Virus record (IMG/VR): IMGVR_UViG_3300037502_002581
Coordinates: 1 to 25,945 of that record
Origin: a virus
Lineage: Duplodnaviria; Caudoviricetes
DNA length: 25,945 nt
Direction: 5' to 3' (one strand)
The notes under the pieces are model-generated. The model made no database searches. It had not been told where the DNA came from and saw nothing but the letters and a program-made list of their open reading frames with translations. This document shows positions 15,679-22,419 of the stretch, one piece after another (the stretch's first letter is position 1; each line of letters starts with the position of its first letter). The translations under genes were made by a program, and so were the position numbers.

Positions 15679-17050
15679 CTAATAACTCCTTTCCATCTAT
15701 CCATTCTCTTATGTTGTCTTTCTTTCTTTCTATTTCCGACTTAAAAATATCGATTAGCCTTTCTTTTCTCCAAAGACATTTAAGAATCCTTTCATCAACA
15801 GTATAATTTGCACAAATGTCTATAATGTGAACATTGTTAGATTGTCCTATTCTATGAATACGGTCCTCTGATTGAGAACGTGTTGCGTAGTCCCAATCAT
15901 TAGAATAATATATTGCGTAATTACAAAACTGGAGATTCAAACCGTATCCTGCACACGTTTTATTTGCAACAAAAAACCTTGCATCATTTTCAAATTTTTC
16001 TACATTAAGACTTCTCTGTTTCTTAGATATTTTACCATGAAATTCTACAGCAGAATTTTGTCCATACTTCCGTTTCAATTCTGCTGATATATCTTCAATT
16101 TCATGGGTATATTTGCACCAAATAATAATCTTGCCGTCTAAACCTTCTAATACATCAAACAATGTTTTCATCCTTGGATTATCCATAGGATTTTTGAAAA
16201 TAGGTTCAGTCCTCATTTTCTCTTTCAACTTGCTTGTAATTTTCCTTCCACAAACAACGTGTTGTACAGCAGTAAGTAGTCTATATATTGTAGAAGGTTC
16301 AAACTCATCTACATCAGATAAAAATAAATCTTTTGTTTCTTCATATTCAAATCTCTGTTCTTCTGTAATATCAAAATAAACAGTATCATATGTTTTGGGA
16401 GGAAGGTCTAAACATTCAGATTTCAACACCTGATAAGTATAAGGTGCTATTTTTCTTGTTAGATAATCAGTTTCTAAACACCTTCTAATTTTTCCTGGAA
16501 TTTTTTCATCATATTCAAGATGATTAGCTGCAAAGCTCCAAAAAGACTTGTACCCTAATATTCTCCAATCAAGAATATACCATTGTGAGAATAAATCTTT
16601 TTCACATCTGCTAATCGGAGTTCCATTCAGTATTAATTTATATTTACAATGTTGAGCTAAACGGATAATATTTTCTGTCCTCTTGGCTCTGTGATTTTTT
16701 ACAAGATTACTTTCATCAACTATCAAATAGACATTTTTTTCTTGTACTAATTTAAGCAACTCACTATTAGTTCTTATGCTACTTGATAGCGTTTCAATGC
16801 CGCATATGGTTATCATGGATATATCATTACAATGTTTAAGCAAATCTCTTCTAAGGTTTCCTTTAACGCTGCAAGGACATAGCCATAACACATGGTCAAT
16901 TTTGCCTGCATTATATCGTTTAGCTGCTAACTCTAATGCAGTCCTAGTCTTACCTGTGCCCATCTCCATGTAGAGTGCTCCAACTTTTATCCGTTGGAGC
17001 TTCTCTACTGCTTTCTTTTGGTGCTCATAAAGTTTAGTTTTAAGTTGCAT
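15656..17050 (-). CDS. SNF2-family (SF2) ATPase/translocase
   Basis: LYEHQ, MEMGTGKT, LIVDESN, LNGTP, GYGLNLQ, QSEDRIHRIGQ; ATG at 17050 (TTG at 17056 possible). Confidence 0.93.
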   Translation of the reverse strand: MQLKTKLYEHQKKAVEKLQRIKVGALYMEMGTGKTRTALELAAKRYNAGKIDHVLWLCPCSVKGNLRRDLLKHCNDISMITICGIETLSSSIRTNSELLKLVQEKNVYLIVDESNLVKNHRAKRTENIIRLAQHCKYKLILNGTPISRCEKDLFSQWYILDWRILGYKSFWSFAANHLEYDEKIPGKIRRCLETDYLTRKIAPYTYQVLKSECLDLPPKTYDTVYFDITEEQRFEYEETKDLFLSDVDEFEPSTIYRLLTAVQHVVCGRKITSKLKEKMRTEPIFKNPMDNPRMKTLFDVLEGLDGKIIIWCKYTHEIEDISAELKRKYGQNSAVEFHGKISKKQRSLNVEKFENDARFFVANKTCAGYGLNLQFCNYAIYYSNDWDYATRSQSEDRIHRIGQSNNVHIIDICANYTVDERILKCLWRKERLIDIFKSEIERKKDNIREWIDGKELLDDKGRSE

Positions 17051-17183
17051 TATCAACCAGCTCCTGCAATCCTAAAAAACCAATTTCATCATCACAATCT
17101 TCGCATAAATAATATGTTTTACCTTTATATCGATATTTGAATAAAAAATCCTTCTTGTTATTGCAACATTCACATGATTTCAT
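17040..17183 (-). CDS. 47-aa zinc-finger protein (not in ORF track)
   Basis: MKSCECCNNKKDFLFKYRYKGKTYYLCEDCDDEIGFLGLQELVDNAT; GAGGGGG RBS; overlaps the SNF2 start. Confidence 0.75.
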   Translation of the reverse strand: MKSCECCNNKKDFLFKYRYKGKTYYLCEDCDDEIGFLGLQELVDNAT

Positions 17184-17185
17184 AT

Positions 17186-18310
17186 TTATTCCCCCTCATC
17201 AAATAAATCAGGTAATATACATGTATCTGATGATAATATTTCTTTAAGTCCGTCTTTTTTTTCATTTTCTTTTGCTTCAACAGGAGTAACAACTTCAGCT
17301 AACTTCAAAGATTCTTTATACCTTTCTATTGCCTTTATAGCACCTTTTGAGAATCTAAAACCATATAATTCAGCAAACTCTTGTACTTCATCTATGTGTT
17401 CTATTCTTACAACAACTCCACTATCCCACTTACTTCCTGGCAATTTTCTAGCCACATTATAAAGCCTATTGTTATGTCCTTGCCATTTAATTACTAGCCA
17501 CCCTTTGTATTTTCCTTCTTTCCTAATATATATCCATCTAGTACATTCTTCTTCATAATCTCCTTCAATAGCTTTTCTTCTGATTTCTTCATCTAATATG
17601 CAAATTGGAAATCCTTCATTAAGCAACTTATTTCCAAGCTCTGCTGCTCTATCTTCTACTGTACCGTTTGTATAATTTATCTCTCTTTTCCATACTCCGT
17701 TCCATTTGTAACCAAGGTCTTTAACTATTTTTATAAAATCATTATTTTTTTCAAAGTATACCTTTATTGTATCGTCTAGCACCTTTATTTCTACAACTGC
17801 ATTTGTAACTTTGTTTTCTGGATAAACTGTAGATTCTATTTTAATTTGTGTTTCTAAATCTTTTTCTTTGATTTCTTCTTCGGTAGGAATTTCTTTTTCT
17901 AAGTCCTCTAAAAGAAAGGTAAATAGTGTATACCTATTATTAATGTACCATGAAGCATTAGTTTTATTTTGAAGCATATAGTCTAAAATTTTGAATAATT
18001 CCATTTTAAGTGATTTATCATCTAGTCCATCAATTTCATTATTGAATTTCTCTATAAGTTGCTGTCTAATGGTATTAGCCCATACAACTTGTTTTTCAGT
18101 TCCTTGAAGTTCAGGAAGTTCCATTTCCTTAGCTTTCTCAGCGGCCTCTTTATTCTTTCTTTCCATTTCTTCTTCTAAATGTTTTTGATAACATTCAGGA
18201 CAAAGTCCTTCAAACCTTCTATCAGCTATCCATTGTCTATTTTTCACAGGTCCATAAACTTGTGTGCGTCCTTCATGTCCACATGAATAAGTGCCATAAT
18301 ACCAAGCCAT
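17186..18310 (-). CDS. Hypothetical protein with N-terminal Zn site (CGH...CPEC) and two HARP-like repeats
   Basis: 374-aa ORF, AGGAGG RBS, first gene of the operon; domain call is inference. Confidence 0.6.
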   Translation of the reverse strand: MAWYYGTYSCGHEGRTQVYGPVKNRQWIADRRFEGLCPECYQKHLEEEMERKNKEAAEKAKEMELPELQGTEKQVVWANTIRQQLIEKFNNEIDGLDDKSLKMELFKILDYMLQNKTNASWYINNRYTLFTFLLEDLEKEIPTEEEIKEKDLETQIKIESTVYPENKVTNAVVEIKVLDDTIKVYFEKNNDFIKIVKDLGYKWNGVWKREINYTNGTVEDRAAELGNKLLNEGFPICILDEEIRRKAIEGDYEEECTRWIYIRKEGKYKGWLVIKWQGHNNRLYNVARKLPGSKWDSGVVVRIEHIDEVQEFAELYGFRFSKGAIKAIERYKESLKLAEVVTPVEAKENEKKDGLKEILSSDTCILPDLFDEGE

Positions 18311-18342
18311 ATTTATACCTCCTTGTTTTATTTGTTGATTAT

Positions 18343-18371
18343 ATTATAATATAAAAAGATATAAATTTCAA
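18343..18371 (-). promoter_or_regulatory. Sigma-A-type promoter of the accessory operon
   Basis: Minus-strand TTGAAA (18371-66), 17 bp, TATAAT (18348-43); long A/T tract upstream. Confidence 0.8.
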
Positions 18372-18459
18372 GTATATTTTAGAAAATATTTTATATTTTA
18401 TTTTATTTTTTATTTTATATTTTTATTTTATGTTTTTATTCATATTATTATCCAAAAAC

Positions 18460-18497
18460 AAAAAAAGGTAGAATCTAGCGTGAAATCAGACTCTACC
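18460..18497 (-). terminator. Intrinsic terminator insulating the operon from late transcription
   Basis: Minus strand GGTAGAGTCT...AGATTCTACC followed by T7. Confidence 0.7.
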
Positions 18498-18617
18498 CTT
18501 TCATACGCTCACATTTGACTTCTATTGAATTTTTATTTGTTTATATACCTATACTATTATTAATGTTATTTTTGTTGATTATACGCCAATCTGACAAGCC
18601 TTTTCTGTTCAAAAAAT

Positions 18618-18646
18618 AAAAAAAGACTAGAGCCAAAGCCCTAGTC
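18618..18646 (-). terminator. Terminator at the end of the lysis cassette
   Basis: Minus strand GACTAGGGC-TTTG-GCTCTAGTC followed by T7; overlaps the holin stop. Confidence 0.8.
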
Positions 18647-18841
18647 GTCTTTGAAACCTGGATTTTCTGTTGTAGGATTGTTTATAATCCCTAGCAATAC
18701 CAATATTCCTAAAAATGATTTTACTATTTGGTTATAGTTTTCAGGTAATACATCTAATCCAAAAGCCTCAAGTAACATAGGTATAAACGCTGCTACTGCT
18801 ACCCATAAACCATAATTTTTTAGTCTTTTTTTATCTAACAT
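18641..18841 (-). CDS. Holin (small, two TM)
   Basis: RLKNYGLWVAV...LGILVLLGIINNPTT..GF.D, typical of Firmicutes phage holins. Confidence 0.88.
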   Translation of the reverse strand: MLDKKRLKNYGLWVAVAAFIPMLLEAFGLDVLPENYNQIVKSFLGILVLLGIINNPTTENPGFKDD

Positions 18842-18842
18842 A

Positions 18843-19064
18843 TTACTTCCCTCCTATACTTTGTATATACCAAAAGAAAAATCCCACAAGTGATGTAGCC
18901 CCTAGCATTACAAGAGCCTTTATCCAGGTTGTGAGACTTTCAATTTTCTCTATTAAACTTTGTATTTTCTCTCCCGTTCTAGCATCATTTATTTCAAGTT
19001 GGACAATACGTCTTTCATGGTCATCTAACTTTTCAACAATTTCATAATGTCTTTCACACGACAT
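18843..19064 (-). CDS. xhlA: XhlA-family (haemolysin-like) lysis protein
   Basis: Coiled coil KLDDHERRI..LE plus C-terminal TM LVGFFFWYIQ; start re-assigned to ATG at 19064. Confidence 0.8.
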   Translation of the reverse strand: MSCERHYEIVEKLDDHERRIVQLEINDARTGEKIQSLIEKIESLTTWIKALVMLGATSLVGFFFWYIQSIGGK

Positions 19065-19072
19065 ACTAACAC

Positions 19073-19531
19073 CTACTTTCTCATATCCCAAAAAGCATAT
19101 GTTCTTGTACCATTTCCATATCTGCCTTTTGGCCTACTGTCTAAATGAAAAAAAGTGTTATAGAATCCTACCCCTCCACCAAGGCCATCCTCTCTGCAAA
19201 GCTGAATCCACTTATTTTTTATGTTGTTTAGAAACTCATTCTGTCTCTCTTTCCCATATTTATAAAATTCATCAGGTAGTAGTATGTCTGAAGCTATTCC
19301 TTTCATATGCTTTGAATTTGGACTTCCACCGACTTTTTTATTATACTCTTGAGTTCTATATCCACTTGTAATTCTCATTGGCCTTTTATACCATTCTCTA
19401 AGTTTTTGTAACCGTTGAATATGATCTATTACATTAGCATTAATTAATACTTCTCCATTAGCTTTGCACTTAAATTCTACGATATTAAAATTCCTAGTTA
19501 TCTGTCCGTCAAACGCTTTTATGTCAAGCAT
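19073..19531 (-). CDS. Endolysin, peptidase M15 (Zn) family, catalytic domain only
   Basis: ITSGYRT..YN..VGG...SKHMKGIASDI...GVGFY..FFHLDSR; start re-assigned to ATG at 19531 behind AGGAGGTG. Confidence 0.88.
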   Translation of the reverse strand: MLDIKAFDGQITRNFNIVEFKCKANGEVLINANVIDHIQRLQKLREWYKRPMRITSGYRTQEYNKKVGGSPNSKHMKGIASDILLPDEFYKYGKERQNEFLNNIKNKWIQLCREDGLGGGVGFYNTFFHLDSRPKGRYGNGTRTYAFWDMRK

Positions 19532-19544
19532 GATTTCACCTCCT

Positions 19545-19583
19545 AAAAAAAGTGAAGAAGGGCATAAAAAATACACCCTTCTT
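19545..19583 (-). terminator. Terminator-like hairpin directly before the endolysin RBS
   Basis: Minus strand AAGAAGGGTGTA...TATGCCCTTCTT, then CAC, T7, AGGAGG. Confidence 0.6.
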
Positions 19584-19593
19584 TTCAGGTGCT

Positions 19594-19719
19594 TTACTGA
19601 GCTAGATGCCCTAATTCTAATGCTTCAAGTTCTGCTTTTACATCTGCTTTTAAAAGTTCAGGAACGTCAGCAAAAGTCTTATATCCTCGAATAATTAGAG
19701 TTACATATACTGTCACCAT
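19594..19719 (-). CDS. XkdX/CD1375-like small tail accessory protein
   Basis: [31 protein letters not shown]; GGAGGTG RBS before ATG at 19719. Confidence 0.8.
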   Translation of the reverse strand: MVTVYVTLIIRGYKTFADVPELLKADVKAELEALELGHLAQ

Positions 19720-19759
19720 AGTATCACCTCCAATCAATATAAAAAATACAAGTTTTAGT

Positions 19760-19873
19760 TTATTTAGCAGTTTCATTGTCCAAGAGCTCCTGTACTTCAG
19801 TTTTTAGATTAGCTGGAACATCATCAATGGTCTTTAAGCCTAATTTGATTAATTTATAATACACTTCTGCCAT
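19760..19873 (-). CDS. Second XkdX/CD1375-like protein, 37 aa (not in ORF track)
   Basis: [37 protein letters not shown]; AGGAGG RBS; TAATG coupling. Confidence 0.8.
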   Translation of the reverse strand: MAEVYYKLIKLGLKTIDDVPANLKTEVQELLDNETAK

Positions 19874-20103
19874 TATACTGTACCTCCTTGAAGTAATAAT
19901 AATTGCTCATAAACTTCTGTAAGAGCTAACATAGTACTAACATTCTCTTGCTCTAGTTGAGCATTTTTAGCTTTTAGTTCATCAATTTCAGCTTGTTTTT
20001 TAGCTATTTCTTCAGCAATCTTTCCTTCAACTAAAACTCTCATAGTAGGAGAGTTTTTCATTATTTCTTCATACATAGTAGGTGTATATTGTACTTCTGC
20101 CAT
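19873..20103 (-). CDS. Small tail-fibre-associated coiled-coil protein (XkdW-like position)
   Basis: ELKAKNAQLEQENVSTMLALTEVYEQLL; lies between the fibre gene and the XkdX-like genes. Confidence 0.7.
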   Translation of the reverse strand: MAEVQYTPTMYEEIMKNSPTMRVLVEGKIAEEIAKKQAEIDELKAKNAQLEQENVSTMLALTEVYEQLLLLQGGTV

Positions 20104-20117
20104 ATTTATCTACCTCC

Positions 20118-22409
20118 TTATTTCCATACATTGATTAATTCATTTAGCTTATCCCCTAACTCCTGTGTAGTTGCTGTAGAAGTATCAGGGATAGTTGATA
20201 AGGCATACATCCTAAGCTCTTTGTCGGCCAATGGAAGTAAAGTAACCCAAACGCTTCCTAACTCTTTCTGGAGCCTTCTTTGAACATCTAATAGTCCTGC
20301 TATTGTAGCTGCAGTATTAATTGGATAAGTAGCTTGTATAGTAGGTCCAGTTGTAAGCTCTTGTGGATAGTGATATATGATTTCATACTTTTTACCATAA
20401 GAAAGACCACCAATTGTGGTGGTGTCTACTTGTGAGTAATCAGCATCTATGTAACTGATACTGTCTCCATCTACTATTTTTTCTTTGACACTTTCTATGA
20501 AATTGATAGGATATTCGGTATGTGGGATAGTAATTTGACCATTGCTATCTGCTATAGCTTCAAATCGTATAGCTGGCTCAATTATGAATGTAGTTTCCTC
20601 ATCAAAGGTATATAAGTCCTCAATACCTTGAAGTTCATATATTTTCGGCTCTGCTAACTGATAAATTAACGTTTCTCCTGCAAATGTAGATTGTGCAGTT
20701 GCTAAATCCATAGTTCCTTTTTCAATTATAAAATATAAATAACCGTTACTACCTGTTGCAACTTTACCTATATTAGTTGCATTATCCCATTCACTTACTT
20801 TTAATTCAAACCTTCCATAAACATTAATTTGTCCTGTAACTTCATCAGAAAATTGCACAACATCGTTTGGTAACTGTACTTTTACTACGTCAACGTTTGT
20901 TGTGAAGGTTTCTACTGCTATAATGTCAGTAGATTGTAATGTATATTCATCACTAACCCTCTTAATTAACTTCCCATCATCACTAACTTCATCATTAACG
21001 CCGTTAGGAAGCGAGTGCAACCCGTCAACCCCGTCTGGTAGTGTGATATATGACACACTTTCTTTGTAGGGTTCGTAGGGTGTTGCTGTGGAGCCTTCTT
21101 CTAGTTGTAAATTTTTTATAGTTACTGTTCCTGTAGAGCGCCCATATATAAGAATATATGCTTTGTCGAAATAACTTGGGAATGTAATTGATTCTTCTGA
21201 AACTGACCCTGTAATCCCTTTATTAAATAATAGATTGCCATTTGAGTCATAAAGATTTATATATACCCTTTTAGTCGTTGCTGTTCCTGTTATGCTTTCC
21301 GCTGACAATGTAACTGTTTCACTATGTTTACAATTAATTGGTATTTTATATGAAACACCTGTTACTTTAAAATCAATTGTAATTTCATTATCTGAAACAT
21401 TGTTTACTACTACACCTGAATTATTTTCATTTATCCATCTACTATCTGTAAATGGGGGTATTCTATTCTTCCCAACACTCTTAATTCTGACGCTGTTTGT
21501 AGATTTAGTGCTGTTGACATACGAGTATTTTTTAAGTAAAGCATTAGTACCTTCGGCATATTCTTCTGATGTAATTTCATTTATCATAATGCCATCTACA
21601 TATCCATATTCTGTTTCATTACCTCTTACATTTATGCCTAAATTGAATTTAGTTGCAGTATCAAAATCAGAAGGTTGTATAACCAACCCTTGTCTATTGA
21701 ATGAAGTTTCTATAACATATTCTTTATTTAAATAACCCACATCATTTATAATATTAGCTCTTAATCTAATACCTGTAGATAAATTGCCATTTTTAACATA
21801 TGCAGATATTAAGTAATATTTTGAAGGGTCTAATAAACTTAATATGTCTCTGTATAATTCTCCACCTGTTTGACCTGCATTTAAAGTTATTTTTATCCCA
21901 TTATTACCAAATACTTTGTTAGTACTATCTAAAGAAACAGTAATGTTAATTTTATTAAATAAACTTGTATCCTCACAATCTCCATCACTACCAAGCAAGT
22001 TGGTATATGTCCTACCCTTCAATTCTACGCTAACTTGACCATACACAGTGTTCGCTATATGATGTATTCTATCTGAAATCGTGATTGTAGTTTTCTCAAC
22101 TGTATCTAATCTATTTTCTAAATCAGTAGTCCTCTTGTCAAGACTTTGTGTATCTGTTTGTAATTGCGATATATCACTTTCATTTTGAGTTACTCTAGTG
22201 TCAAGGTTTTGTGTATCTGTTTCTGCTTCATCTAATCTGTCCTTCAAGACTGTAAATGTTTTGCTTTTGACACTTGAATATCTAGAATCTACTATTTCTG
22301 TATTACTGTCTCCGGTTTGTCCTACTAAATTATCTACCCTATCTATCATATCATTTATTTTAGGATATGCTTCTTTTAACTTATCACTTGGTAAAAGTTT
22401 ATTACTCAA
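20118..22409 (-). CDS. Receptor-binding/tail fibre or upper-baseplate protein with carbohydrate-binding-like modules
   Basis: EIVDSR...F.VLKDRLD N-terminal motif, coiled coil, NLLG.DGDCE, QLEEGSTATPYEPY; follows Tal; TTG at 22409 behind GAGGTGA. Confidence 0.75.
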   Translation of the reverse strand: MSNKLLPSDKLKEAYPKINDMIDRVDNLVGQTGDSNTEIVDSRYSSVKSKTFTVLKDRLDEAETDTQNLDTRVTQNESDISQLQTDTQSLDKRTTDLENRLDTVEKTTITISDRIHHIANTVYGQVSVELKGRTYTNLLGSDGDCEDTSLFNKINITVSLDSTNKVFGNNGIKITLNAGQTGGELYRDILSLLDPSKYYLISAYVKNGNLSTGIRLRANIINDVGYLNKEYVIETSFNRQGLVIQPSDFDTATKFNLGINVRGNETEYGYVDGIMINEITSEEYAEGTNALLKKYSYVNSTKSTNSVRIKSVGKNRIPPFTDSRWINENNSGVVVNNVSDNEITIDFKVTGVSYKIPINCKHSETVTLSAESITGTATTKRVYINLYDSNGNLLFNKGITGSVSEESITFPSYFDKAYILIYGRSTGTVTIKNLQLEEGSTATPYEPYKESVSYITLPDGVDGLHSLPNGVNDEVSDDGKLIKRVSDEYTLQSTDIIAVETFTTNVDVVKVQLPNDVVQFSDEVTGQINVYGRFELKVSEWDNATNIGKVATGSNGYLYFIIEKGTMDLATAQSTFAGETLIYQLAEPKIYELQGIEDLYTFDEETTFIIEPAIRFEAIADSNGQITIPHTEYPINFIESVKEKIVDGDSISYIDADYSQVDTTTIGGLSYGKKYEIIYHYPQELTTGPTIQATYPINTAATIAGLLDVQRRLQKELGSVWVTLLPLADKELRMYALSTIPDTSTATTQELGDKLNELINVWK

Positions 22410-22419
22410 ATTATCACCT

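Noticed and set aside
12513-17050. Known RM, BREX or DISARM system
   Set aside because: No recognisable endonuclease, specificity subunit, PglZ, BrxC or phospholipase D gene
20118-22409. Diversity-generating retroelement or invertible fibre cassette
   Set aside because: No reverse transcriptase, invertase or template/variable repeat pair seen in the window
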